A stretch of DNA of 64,000 bases. Source: Escherichia phage LQ5. This document shows positions 9,920-18,566 of the stretch, one piece after another (positions within the stretch are counted from its first letter, which is position 1; each line of letters starts with the position of its first letter). The DNA lies in the sequence record OR677401; one strand, 5' to 3'. Under the pieces are notes generated by a model, which ran no database searches, was not told the origin of the DNA, and saw only the letters and a list, made by a program, of their open reading frames with translations. Both the position numbers and the translations under genes were made by a program.

Positions 9920-10132
9920 ATGACTATTGATGAAATTGAAAACCAAATCCGTGAATTAGTACGTAAAGGCCAGTCTGTGGCTGACGAAACGGGTGAAGAG
10001 TTCCGTGTTTCTGGTCGTGGAGAATACATTTCTCCAAAGAACCCGGAATATGATGATTACGAATGGGTCCGTGATGACTACGGTATTCCGGAAGGTGAAG
10101 GTTTCTGGTTTACATCCTCTATGTCTTGCTAA
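9920..10132 (+). CDS. small acidic protein, paralog family member 3
   Basis: 70 aa; ends GFWFTSSMSC. Confidence 0.6.
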   Translation: MTIDEIENQIRELVRKGQSVADETGEEFRVSGRGEYISPKNPEYDDYEWVRDDYGIPEGEGFWFTSSMSC

Positions 10133-10143
10133 GGTGATAAAAA

Positions 10144-10368
10144 ATGTCTGATATTAATGAATTAGAAAAAGCTGCACTTGAACTGGCCGCACTGTATAAG
10201 AAAGTAAAAGATATGGCTTCTGCTCAAAGTTTTGGTGTTGAGCTCGACGATTATGACGGTGAAGTTCGTCTCGAAGATTGGCTGAATAGCTCGTGTTATG
10301 GCGAAGAAGCTGGTCGCACCTTCGTTGCTCAGGCCGATGGTAAAATCTGGTATCCGAGCTCATGCTAA
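10144..10368 (+). CDS. small acidic protein, paralog family member 4
   Basis: 74 aa; ends GKIWYPSSC. Confidence 0.6.
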   Translation: MSDINELEKAALELAALYKKVKDMASAQSFGVELDDYDGEVRLEDWLNSSCYGEEAGRTFVAQADGKIWYPSSC

Positions 10369-10589
10369 AATTAAAGAAAAGATACATTCGTAAAATAAAT
10401 GGTCTTCGCGATTATGCCAAAGGTTGGCCGTTAAGTATTATTATGGCTGATAGACACCCGCGTTATAATACTGAGATGACTTATTACAAAAAGTACGATT
10501 CATATTGTCGGTCTAAAGCAGGTCGTTTAGATGGTTCTTATGAAGACTATTTCGGTAAAAAACCTACTCGTATTTCGTTAGGAAAATAA
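10362..10589 (+). CDS. hypothetical basic protein
   Basis: ATG overlaps upstream stop (ATGCTAA). Confidence 0.45.
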   Translation: MLKLKKRYIRKINGLRDYAKGWPLSIIMADRHPRYNTEMTYYKKYDSYCRSKAGRLDGSYEDYFGKKPTRISLGK

Positions 10590-10619
10590 TTTAACCACAT
10601 GGATGTGGTAGGAGGACTT

Positions 10620-10949
10620 ATGCATAAAGATTCAGTATTCAAATATCTTTTGAAAACAAATAAAGAATTCTATATGAATGGACAGGCCTTCTTGTTCGTT
10701 CGTGGTAAACGTGAGATGTTTTACAAATGCGACCTCTCAATGCACCATCATATGTATCACACCCGCGGTGAGCCTATACTGGGGTTCTCTGGTGACGAGA
10801 CTAGACACATAGCTATGTACTACGACCATTTTAAGCTCAATGATTGCGGTGACAACGCTTTGGTCTGGAACCCGTCTTGGCGTCGTTGGGATACAGTAGA
10901 CAATGATAAATTATTTTTAGAATATTGCAGAAGTGATGTACAACTCTAG
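10620..10949 (+). CDS. hypothetical protein
   Basis: Likely start at internal ATG 10620 after AGGAGGA; ORF-track start 10599. Confidence 0.5.
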   Translation: MHKDSVFKYLLKTNKEFYMNGQAFLFVRGKREMFYKCDLSMHHHMYHTRGEPILGFSGDETRHIAMYYDHFKLNDCGDNALVWNPSWRRWDTVDNDKLFLEYCRSDVQL

Positions 10950-10992
10950 AAAATCATGTTACTATTACCCTACACAAACATGAGGAGAACAT

Positions 10993-11232
10993 ATGTGGTA
11001 TTACGCTCCGATGTCCGATAAGTCTAATGAACCGGTACGCATTACTCGCGCCAAGTTTAAAAAGATTTATGGCTTCTCTTATAAGAAGTCTGATTACGGT
11101 GTTCGTTTTGAAGATGCCCACTGTATCAATGACCCTTATGCTGAAGAAATCTCTAATGAGATAATTCCTATCATTAAGAATAATTCTGATGATATGTGGG
11201 AATTGCATAACGATTACGTCGCTGAAATTTAA
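10993..11232 (+). CDS. hypothetical protein
   Basis: 79-aa ORF with GAGGAGAA RBS. Confidence 0.5.
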   Translation: MWYYAPMSDKSNEPVRITRAKFKKIYGFSYKKSDYGVRFEDAHCINDPYAEEISNEIIPIIKNNSDDMWELHNDYVAEI

Positions 11233-11251
11233 GTTTACTGAGGAAAATATT

Positions 11252-12211
11252 ATGATGTTAGTTATTGGTTCTCGTGCACTGCACCACGCTGGTCTGATTG
11301 AAAGTAAGCATATCGAAAATTCTGATTGGGATTTCATTGCCGACCAAGGCTCATGGAATCACTTTAAAGCACGTATGTTCGGCGCCCATGTACACGTTGA
11401 CAATCCTGGTGTCCAGGCTTTCAAATGTATGCATAATGGTAAAGAAACCTATTTTGAAGCTTATATCGTTCGTGCTCTGACTAACGTACGAGAAATTACC
11501 GGTGAGCTTCAAGACGAAGATTTCACTTCAAGCTATCGTCTCCTGAAATATGCTGAAAATCATATTAAAAAGGACCGTCTTACTGGTTTCTATTGGGCCA
11601 CCCCTGATATCTGTCTGGCTATCAAAACCTCTCATCGTTTCCTTAAGAATAATCCGTTCTTCTTGAAAACTATGTCACACATCAAATACCTTCGTAATAA
11701 AGGTATCACCCTTAACGAAGAACTCCAGGAAATTATGCTGCAACGTCAAAAAGAAACGTTGAGCTATTCTCACCCTAAATTGGACGTAAACAAATCATCG
11801 TTCTTTAATGATACCATTTATACGCTGGACCATGACTCTATTCATGAAGCAGTGGCATTGGCAGGGCGCCCTGCATATACCTTTTATATGAAGGAAGGTT
11901 CTGAAGTCATGACCTCTCGTGAGAAGTTCGAGGCTTTGCCTGAAGCTATTAAACTGGCTGGTGTGTATGAAGAAACTTGTGTCCTGGCACTAGAACGTTC
12001 ACAGGTTCCTAATGACTTCAATATTTCACCATCATTAAGTTTCTATATGGCCCTTGAGAAAGTGTGCACCTCAATCACTTCAGGTTGGTTCCGCACTTAT
12101 GCATGGGAAAACTACCAAGCTGTAGTGAATATGTATAAGACTTTAGGTGAAAACGACTACATTGAACGGTTTAAGCGTAACCAACATTTAATTCGTCCTT
12201 TCGAAAAATAA
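11252..12211 (+). CDS. hypothetical protein (~320 aa)
   Basis: ATG at 11252 after GAGGAAA; ORF-track start 11189 lies in upstream gene. Confidence 0.6.
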   Translation: MMLVIGSRALHHAGLIESKHIENSDWDFIADQGSWNHFKARMFGAHVHVDNPGVQAFKCMHNGKETYFEAYIVRALTNVREITGELQDEDFTSSYRLLKYAENHIKKDRLTGFYWATPDICLAIKTSHRFLKNNPFFLKTMSHIKYLRNKGITLNEELQEIMLQRQKETLSYSHPKLDVNKSSFFNDTIYTLDHDSIHEAVALAGRPAYTFYMKEGSEVMTSREKFEALPEAIKLAGVYEETCVLALERSQVPNDFNISPSLSFYMALEKVCTSITSGWFRTYAWENYQAVVNMYKTLGENDYIERFKRNQHLIRPFEK

Positions 12212-12223
12212 TTGCACAAAACA

Positions 12224-12263
12224 GTGTACAAGGTCTATAGGTGTGATACTATAGACCTATCAA
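12224..12263 (+). promoter_or_regulatory. early-type promoter cassette (GTGTACA + TGATACTATAGACCTATCAA)
   Basis: Near-identical to cassettes at 3268 and 3835, including the downstream leader. Confidence 0.6.
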
Positions 12264-12289
12264 AACAACAGAGTGAAATGGAGAATAAA

Positions 12290-12502
12290 ATGAAACTTTC
12301 TAACCAAGCAATCAACATGTTAAACGAAGTTCGTGCAGCTGGTGCTAAATGCCTGATGGTTAACACTCGTGACGGTGACCTTCGTCAAGCATTTGGTGAA
12401 TTGAAATCTGCTGACCTGGTTAAATGTTCAGTTGGTATTGGTAACGCACTTCGTGTATCCTTATCCCCTAAAGGTAAAATGTACTTTTTCAACAAAAAGT
12501 AA
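12290..12502 (+). CDS. hypothetical small protein
   Basis: ATG 12290 after GGAGAATAAA; ORF-track start 12212 lies inside the promoter cassette. Confidence 0.55.
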   Translation: MKLSNQAINMLNEVRAAGAKCLMVNTRDGDLRQAFGELKSADLVKCSVGIGNALRVSLSPKGKMYFFNKK

Positions 12503-12516
12503 GTGAGGAAAATATT

Positions 12517-13203
12517 ATGAATAGTTCTAAAGTGTTTAATAGTCAAGCTCGTGCAGTAGGCGGTTTTGCTCATGCAATTAAAAACGACCAGATTAAAAAC
12601 GAGCCTATGTTCTTTAACTGTGATTTGAATTTTGCTTTTGATAATGGCGGCCCAATTACTCGTAGCTTTATCCAAAATCTTCCTGACGATTGGAAAGACT
12701 CGGATGTAGTATTTGATTCCCGTGTACACATGTTAATGCCTGGCTGGTATCCTGCTATCCCAGGTTATCACCATGATGATGTACCACGTCCGGATATTCC
12801 GGTGGGTCAACACTTTATTACCGCAGGGCAACCTGATTATGATAATCCTCGATACCATTCTGAACATATTCTTGGTCTTGTTAACGCTGATGTGTGTCCT
12901 ACTCATTTTGCAACCGGAACTGCACAGTTCAGTCAGATTCCTGAAGGCGAACTTATCTATCGCCAGTGGCATAAAGAAGTTCTGGAAAAAATTGAGTCCA
13001 ATGAATTAACCAAGTGGGATGCTCCTGACCGCACGTTACTCCAGTTTGATTGGCAAACATGGCATACAGGTTCTCGTGCAGTAAGTAACGGGTGGCGCTG
13101 GTTTGGTCGTGTGTCTCGTAATACAGACCGTGTTAAAAAGATTACAAATGAAATCCGCGTTAATGCTCAAGTATATCTGGAATTCCCTATGGAGGGCTGG
13201 TAA
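12517..13203 (+). CDS. hypothetical protein
   Basis: 228-aa ORF with GAGGAAA RBS. Confidence 0.6.
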   Translation: MNSSKVFNSQARAVGGFAHAIKNDQIKNEPMFFNCDLNFAFDNGGPITRSFIQNLPDDWKDSDVVFDSRVHMLMPGWYPAIPGYHHDDVPRPDIPVGQHFITAGQPDYDNPRYHSEHILGLVNADVCPTHFATGTAQFSQIPEGELIYRQWHKEVLEKIESNELTKWDAPDRTLLQFDWQTWHTGSRAVSNGWRWFGRVSRNTDRVKKITNEIRVNAQVYLEFPMEGW

Positions 13204-13796
13204 TGGCCCTTTATGAACCTGGTTGTATGGGTATTGATACAAACTTCATCCGTCGGTCGGAAAATGCTGGAATTATTATCCCAAGTGGTGAGACTATGAT
13301 TATTAAAAAGTCCTGGCGAAATATTGATGATGGTGATGAAGGAATTTCAGCCAGTACAATAGATTGGTCAGGTTGTACTGCCGAAATGAAACAGCTTTTA
13401 ATTGAGGAATATAAAATGGGCTATATTGTAAACGGCTGGCAACCAGTAAAGAAAATCACTCGCACTGACGATAAGTATATTTGTCTCCAAGATGGAAAGG
13501 CCAGGCTCATTGATACTGAATGGCTTACGTTCGGACGATATGTTGTAGCGTATTTTATTACTTTACTTCCAATGTTAGTGCTGAGTTCATTTTTAATCGA
13601 TGCCAACTGGAATGATGCGCTAGAACGAACTATTATTGGCGCTGGATTAATGAACCTTGCCGCCGCTGGCGCTGCTTTAAGTATTTGGTGCTTGGCTATT
13701 GAAATGCCATGGCGTTTACGTCGTCAACAACGTCTTTACGACGAAGGTAAAATCAAACAGAATTTAAATGAGTTTATTGAGGAATGCCGTAAATGA
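13203..13796 (+). CDS. hypothetical membrane protein
   Basis: Start overlaps upstream stop; hydrophobic segments; C-terminal NEFIEECRK. Confidence 0.55.
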   Translation: MALYEPGCMGIDTNFIRRSENAGIIIPSGETMIIKKSWRNIDDGDEGISASTIDWSGCTAEMKQLLIEEYKMGYIVNGWQPVKKITRTDDKYICLQDGKARLIDTEWLTFGRYVVAYFITLLPMLVLSSFLIDANWNDALERTIIGAGLMNLAAAGAALSIWCLAIEMPWRLRRQQRLYDEGKIKQNLNEFIEECRK

Positions 13797-14029
13797 GTAT
13801 TGCAATTTATATTAAATCTGAGTCATGTGATTCTTACCTGTATTCCTATGATACCGGAACATCAGAAGAGAAAATTAAAGAAGACTTAGAAAGCGATATG
13901 GATATGTTCTGTCCTATTGGTGACTATATGCTTCAAGTGTCTGATAGTGAAAGTCCATCATCAGAAAATAGACTTCAAATTATTATGCAAGATATTTTTA
14001 AACAATCATGGGAACGAGACGATGAGTAA
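13793..14029 (+). CDS. hypothetical acidic protein
   Basis: 78-aa ORF, coupled start. Confidence 0.5.
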   Translation: MSIAIYIKSESCDSYLYSYDTGTSEEKIKEDLESDMDMFCPIGDYMLQVSDSESPSSENRLQIIMQDIFKQSWERDDE

Positions 14030-14471
14030 GAAAGTGAAAGAACTATCTGCCGGTATTTTATTCATGACCGTTGATAAAGAACTGGTCATGGGCCGTGTAA
14101 CAGGCTCTCGTAATCCAGAGAATATGCGTCATAAATGGGACATTCCTAAGGGTCATGTCGAACCAGGCGAAGAGCCTATTCAAGCGGCAATGCGCGAAAC
14201 CGAAGAAGAGATTGGATTCACAGCATACGATCCTGCATTCCTGAAAGACCTAGGTGAGTTCAAATATTCAAGCAATAAGAATCTACATCTGTTCTTATAT
14301 ACAGTGCCTGTGGAACACGAGCAGTTCAAGGATTGCAAATGTACGGCTTACCATACATTCCCTGATGGTCGTACTATTCCTGAATTCGATGCGTTCGCCT
14401 TGATTAAACGTCCGCAATGGGAATATGTCATGGGTAAGTCGATGTTTAAGGTTTTAGATTCGCTCTTTTGA
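14022..14471 (+). CDS. nudE: Nudix hydrolase (NudE-like)
   Basis: Nudix box GHVEPGEEPIQAAMRETEEEIGF; immediately upstream of lysozyme e; start 14022 overlaps upstream stop. Confidence 0.75.
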   Translation: MSKKVKELSAGILFMTVDKELVMGRVTGSRNPENMRHKWDIPKGHVEPGEEPIQAAMRETEEEIGFTAYDPAFLKDLGEFKYSSNKNLHLFLYTVPVEHEQFKDCKCTAYHTFPDGRTIPEFDAFALIKRPQWEYVMGKSMFKVLDSLF

Positions 14472-14499
14472 TATAAATACCTCCTATACTCAGGAGGTA
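14472..14499 (+). promoter_or_regulatory. late promoter TATAAATA followed by hairpin ACCTCCT/AGGAGGT that sequesters the lysozyme RBS
   Basis: Same arrangement as T4 gene e, where early read-through transcripts are translationally silent. Confidence 0.6.
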
Positions 14500-14501
14500 T
14501 T

Positions 14502-14990
14502 ATGGATATTTTTGATATGTTACGTCAAGACGAAGGTCTTGATTTAAATCTTTATAAAGACACTGAAGGTTATTGGACTATTGGTATTGGCCAATTGATT
14601 ACTAAGAACCCTTCTAAAGATGTTGCTCGTGCTGAACTTGATAAGCTTATGGGTCGAGTTTGTAATGGTCGTATTACTATGGCTGAAGCCGAGCAACTCT
14701 TTAATCGATCGGTTGAAAATGCTCGTAGAGCTATTCTGCGTAATCCTAAATTGAAACCTGTTTATGATGTATTGGACGAAGTTCGTCGTTGTGCACTGAT
14801 TAATATGGTATTCCAAATGGGTGAAGCAGGTGTAGCAGGGTTCACTAACTCTTTACGTATGCTCCAACAGAAACGTTGGAACGATGCGGCAGTTAACCTG
14901 GCTCAATCCCGTTGGTATAAACAAACTCCTAATCGTGCTAAGCGTGTTATCGCCACCTTTAAAACCGGCACATGGGCTGCTTATAGATAA
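14502..14990 (+). CDS. e: lysozyme (endolysin)
   Basis: Strong match to recalled T4 lysozyme ([48 protein letters not shown]). Confidence 0.92.
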   Translation: MDIFDMLRQDEGLDLNLYKDTEGYWTIGIGQLITKNPSKDVARAELDKLMGRVCNGRITMAEAEQLFNRSVENARRAILRNPKLKPVYDVLDEVRRCALINMVFQMGEAGVAGFTNSLRMLQQKRWNDAAVNLAQSRWYKQTPNRAKRVIATFKTGTWAAYR

Positions 14991-14995
14991 AAGCA

Positions 14996-15035
14996 GTTTA
15001 CATCTCCTAGAATTGTGATAGTATATCTACAGTTA
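14996..15035 (+). promoter_or_regulatory. degenerate early-type promoter cassette
   Basis: GTTTACATCTCC followed by TGATAGTATA box variant. Confidence 0.4.
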
Positions 15036-15077
15036 CTTGAACAGACCAATTAAAATATTTACCTTTAAGGAACCCGT

Positions 15078-15674
15078 ATGAAAACGTATAAAGAATTTAT
15101 CGCCGAAGCTTCTGTAGGAAAGGTCCAAGGCATTAATAAAGATGAGTGGACTTACAAAGGAAACGGCGTTGACAACCCAGGAAATGGTTTTAACGCTAAA
15201 ACAGCTCCTATTGAACGGTACTTGGCTACAAAAGCTTCCGACTTTAAAGCTTTCGCCTGGGAAGGACTTCGCTGGCGTAACGACCTAAATATTGAAGTTG
15301 ACGGACTTAAATTTGCTCATATTGAAGATGTTGTTGCTAGTAACTTAGATGCAGCTTTTGTTAAAGCTGACGGTGACCTTCGTCGCTGGAATTTAAAACT
15401 GTTCTCTAAACGGAAAGGCCCGGTATTTGTACCTAAAGCAGGTAAATGGACTATTGATAATAAATTGGCTAAAGCAGTTAACTTCGCCGGTCTTGAATTT
15501 GCCAAGCACAAATCAACATGGAAAGGTCTTGATGCAATGACTTTCCGTAAAGAATTTGCCGATGTTATGGCTAAAGGCGGCTTTAAGGCAGAAATAGATA
15601 CCTCTAAAGGTACGTTTAAAGACGCTAATATTCAGTACGCTTACGCCGTTGCTAATGCAGCCCGTGGTAATTAA
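15078..15674 (+). CDS. internal protein (IpIII-like) with capsid targeting sequence
   Basis: N-terminus MKTYKEFIAEA; 198 aa. Confidence 0.7.
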   Translation: MKTYKEFIAEASVGKVQGINKDEWTYKGNGVDNPGNGFNAKTAPIERYLATKASDFKAFAWEGLRWRNDLNIEVDGLKFAHIEDVVASNLDAAFVKADGDLRRWNLKLFSKRKGPVFVPKAGKWTIDNKLAKAVNFAGLEFAKHKSTWKGLDAMTFRKEFADVMAKGGFKAEIDTSKGTFKDANIQYAYAVANAARGN

Positions 15675-15698
15675 TAAAGCCGATACTTGATAAAAGTT

Positions 15699-15749
15699 GT
15701 TTACATCTCCTGTAGTCATGATACTATAGACCTATCAACTACAGGAGAT
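15699..15749 (+). promoter_or_regulatory. promoter/stem-loop cassette: GTTTACA, arms ATCTCCTGTAG/CTACAGGAGAT flanking the conserved box; 3' arm holds the RBS
   Basis: Perfect 11-bp inverted repeat read directly. Confidence 0.65.
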
Positions 15750-15754
15750 TAAAA

Positions 15755-16171
15755 ATGACTCGTATCAACCTTACCTTAGTATCTGAATTGGCTGACCAAC
15801 ACTTAATGGCTGAATATCGTGAATTACCACGTGTTTTCGGTGCAGTTCGTAAGCATGTTGCTAATGGTAAACGTGTCCGTGATTTCAAAATCAGTCCTAC
15901 TTTTATCCTTGGCACAGGCCATGTTACATTCTTTTACGATAAGCTTGAATTTTTACGTAAGCGACAAATTGAGCTTATAGCCGAATGTTTAAAACGTGGT
16001 TTTAATATCAAGGATACTACTGTCCAGGACATTAGTGACATTCCTCAGGAATTCCGTGGTGACTATACTCCACACGAAGCTTCTATTGCTATATCTCAGA
16101 CCCGTTTGGATGAAAAAATTGCACAGCGTCCTACCTGGTACAAACATTATGGCAAGGCTATTTACGCTTAA
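15755..16171 (+). CDS. denV: endonuclease V (pyrimidine-dimer DNA glycosylase)
   Basis: 138 aa, near-identical to recalled T4 DenV ([35 protein letters not shown]). Confidence 0.95.
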   Translation: MTRINLTLVSELADQHLMAEYRELPRVFGAVRKHVANGKRVRDFKISPTFILGTGHVTFFYDKLEFLRKRQIELIAECLKRGFNIKDTTVQDISDIPQEFRGDYTPHEASIAISQTRLDEKIAQRPTWYKHYGKAIYA

Positions 16172-16214
16172 TTAAATCCGTGATAGAATACTTCTATCAA
16201 CTTAAGGAATAACA

Positions 16215-16574
16215 ATGAAAACTTATCAAGAATTTATTACTGAATCTACTCAGCGCATTAACGAAGCTATGTCTCCTGAACAATTGGCTAAGGCTAAAGA
16301 AGGGCTGAACCCATCTGAAGTTTTTAAAGTTACAGGTAAAGACTTTGCTTCCATGGCCACTAACCAAAGTCTGGCTAAAGAACTTAAATCTAAATCTAAC
16401 TTCATTCATGCTACGTGGAATGGTGATTCTCTTACTTCAATAAGTGTGTACAATAAAAAAGGTCTCCTTAAGAGTTCTTATGGCGCGGATGCCATCCGTG
16501 TTTCTAAATCAGATTGGCATAAAAACACTACTAAAGCAGAAAAACCTCATAACCCGGCACTAGACCATCTTTAA
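16215..16574 (+). CDS. internal protein (Ip) with capsid targeting sequence
   Basis: N-terminus MKTYQEFITES. Confidence 0.7.
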   Translation: MKTYQEFITESTQRINEAMSPEQLAKAKEGLNPSEVFKVTGKDFASMATNQSLAKELKSKSNFIHATWNGDSLTSISVYNKKGLLKSSYGADAIRVSKSDWHKNTTKAEKPHNPALDHL

Positions 16575-16582
16575 GGCTTAAT

Positions 16583-16840
16583 ATGAAAACTTACCAAGAA
16601 TTTATTACAGAATCCACTTTAGTTTCTAAACGTTGGAATATGATTGTAAACGTTAAACCTTCCGGCACTGAAGTTTCTATGGCCGACCCTAATGATGACG
16701 AACTTGAGCACGCTTTTAGCTCTAAAGAAACTGACGAGAAAGTGGTTAAGCAACTGGTTGCTGATGCAGATCAACTTCGTAAAGTAGCAGATGTTGTTAA
16801 GCTGTTTACTAAGAAAGGTTTTAAACACGAAGAACGTTAA
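16583..16840 (+). CDS. internal protein (Ip) with capsid targeting sequence
   Basis: N-terminus MKTYQEFITES. Confidence 0.7.
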   Translation: MKTYQEFITESTLVSKRWNMIVNVKPSGTEVSMADPNDDELEHAFSSKETDEKVVKQLVADADQLRKVADVVKLFTKKGFKHEER

Positions 16841-16989
16841 TTAGCATTTTAAATGGGAGCAACCTGGACCTCACAATTCTGTGAGGGACTCCCGCCAACC
16901 TGTAATAAGGTCGAGCCCAAGTGCGGTAATGGGTAAATGCAGAAAGGGACGAATTAATGTGCCAAGGAACGGCCCTCAAAGGAAATACT
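16841..16989 (+). other. structured non-coding leader or small RNA candidate
   Basis: 150 nt without ORF; nested hairpin GGGAG...CCTCACA-attc-TGTGAGG...CTCCC. Confidence 0.35.
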
Positions 16990-17517
16990 ATGAAATTTTT
17001 AACTCCCATTTATCTAACCTTAATGCACGCCTTCGCTGAACGCGCCATTGAACGTTTAGACTCAGACCAATATACCTGGTATGAACCTGCTTCAAGAATG
17101 CAAGAGTTTGGTACTCTTCGACTTGATGGCGGACGCCAAACAGGTAAAACAAGTGCCCTTGCTCAGTTCGCCGCTGATTGGGTTTCCAAGGGTAATGATG
17201 TGATTGTTATGTCGAGTTCTTCGCATCGCTCGCGAGAAATTTGTAATGTAATAAAACAGGTTTCTAAGGCACACCCACATCTCCAAGTCGAAGGTCCTGG
17301 TTTTGTTGTCTATGATACTGTGCGCAGTTTCCTTGATGAAGACAATTTCCATAAGTATCGTGGACTATCTGTTACTCGATTATTGATTATTATCGAAGAG
17401 CCAATGCGCCTTCCAGCGATGGATAAGTTCTATGAAGCTTACCAGGTAATGATTAATAAATTTATGTGCCAAGGCGACAAGCCTTTGCCTCTGTTCTTTG
17501 TGATAGGAATGCAATGA
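16990..17517 (+). CDS. small P-loop NTPase
   Basis: Walker A GGRQTGKTS and Walker B-like LLIIIEEP; ATG 16990 after AAAGGAAA. Confidence 0.6.
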   Translation: MKFLTPIYLTLMHAFAERAIERLDSDQYTWYEPASRMQEFGTLRLDGGRQTGKTSALAQFAADWVSKGNDVIVMSSSSHRSREICNVIKQVSKAHPHLQVEGPGFVVYDTVRSFLDEDNFHKYRGLSVTRLLIIIEEPMRLPAMDKFYEAYQVMINKFMCQGDKPLPLFFVIGMQ

Positions 17518-17810
17518 TGACTGATGAAGAACTTTTTGAGTTCTGTTATTTCTCACGTAAGGTTCGAAGAGAGGACCTTACTGCAAATTTCGAATATGCT
17601 TATTTCTATCCATTAGAATATGTATTCATGACAGGGCCCTTTAAGGGCTCTCGTTTTAGATGTCATGCTCCTAGTATCCGATTAATGAAACAGGTTCCTT
17701 ACTTCACTCTCGAGTTCATCTCAGGGCCTTGTAAGGGTATTATTGCTCGTAGTCTCTTGACTTATGACCAAGAGATTCATATGATTTCTGATTGGAAAAA
17801 ATATGTCTAA
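17514..17810 (+). CDS. hypothetical protein
   Basis: Start overlaps upstream stop (ATGATGA). Confidence 0.5.
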   Translation: MMTDEELFEFCYFSRKVRREDLTANFEYAYFYPLEYVFMTGPFKGSRFRCHAPSIRLMKQVPYFTLEFISGPCKGIIARSLLTYDQEIHMISDWKKYV

Positions 17811-18021
17811 ATTGACAATTGAAGGTTCTGAAGAAGCTCTGAAAAGATTTGTTGAATGGCTTAATGGACCAGGTGAACAAGACTTTCTGGAAGTCTGGGA
17901 TGGCGGTCGGTGGAATGGTAAAGAAATGATTTACCCGACTACCTATATCTCCGTGCAAGGTTGGACTGAAGGCCTTCGTTTGGTAGAATATGATATCGCA
18001 ACTGGCGAGGAAGTGAAATGA
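17803..18021 (+). CDS. hypothetical protein
   Basis: 72-aa coupled ORF. Confidence 0.5.
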   Translation: MSKLTIEGSEEALKRFVEWLNGPGEQDFLEVWDGGRWNGKEMIYPTTYISVQGWTEGLRLVEYDIATGEEVK

Positions 18022-18296
18022 TTGAAGATATCAAGGGTTATAAGCCGCATACCGACGATAAAATCGGTAAAGTAAACGCTATCAAAGATGCTGAAGTTCG
18101 TCTTGGGTTAATGTTTAAAGCTCTGGAAGAAGAACATGTTACTCATTATATGAACTTAGATACCGAAGAGGTTTCTGAACAAGAACTAGACCAGGCTCAT
18201 GAACGCATCACCCAGATTCGTAATGCAATTGACCGTCTGAAAGAAGCAAGCATGTGGGCGTGTCGTTCCGTTTTCCAACCCGAGGAAAAATACTGA
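18018..18296 (+). CDS. hypothetical acidic protein
   Basis: 92-aa coupled ORF. Confidence 0.5.
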   Translation: MIEDIKGYKPHTDDKIGKVNAIKDAEVRLGLMFKALEEEHVTHYMNLDTEEVSEQELDQAHERITQIRNAIDRLKEASMWACRSVFQPEEKY

Positions 18297-18505
18297 TGAA
18301 AATTGAAAGTTTACAAGATTTCCAGCGTATCATCGGTGAAGCCTGTACTGGCTACCACAAATACTTGCTTGATGACCGAATGGCCTGTCTTGAAGAAGGT
18401 GAAGTACAGTATGCAGCCCAACGCCTTGAACAGGTGAAAGAGTTTTACCCTGTACTGGTAGAAATTTGTTCAGCTGCTGGAAAACTTACCCCATTCCAAG
18501 AATAA
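18296..18505 (+). CDS. hypothetical protein
   Basis: ATG 18296 overlaps upstream TGA; ORF-track start 18254. Confidence 0.5.
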   Translation: MKIESLQDFQRIIGEACTGYHKYLLDDRMACLEEGEVQYAAQRLEQVKEFYPVLVEICSAAGKLTPFQE

Positions 18506-18509
18506 AGCA

Positions 18510-18560
18510 GTTTACATCTCCTGTAGACGTGGTACTATAGACCTATCAACTACAGGAGAT
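18510..18560 (+). promoter_or_regulatory. promoter/stem-loop cassette, same arms as 15699
   Basis: GTTTACATCTCCTGTAG ... TGGTACTATAGACCTATCAA ... CTACAGGAGAT. Confidence 0.65.
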
Positions 18561-18566
18561 TACAAA

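Noticed and set aside
11252-12211. Nucleotidyltransferase call for the 320-aa protein from VIGSRALHHAG ... SDWDF
   Set aside because: Spacing between the GS and the acidic pair (18 residues) does not fit the Pol-beta motif; left as hypothetical.
18018-18296. Acb2/Vs.4-type cyclic-oligonucleotide sponge (92-aa acidic protein near regB)
   Set aside because: I cannot recall the Acb2 sequence well enough to support it, and the gene lies upstream rather than downstream of regB; left as hypothetical.
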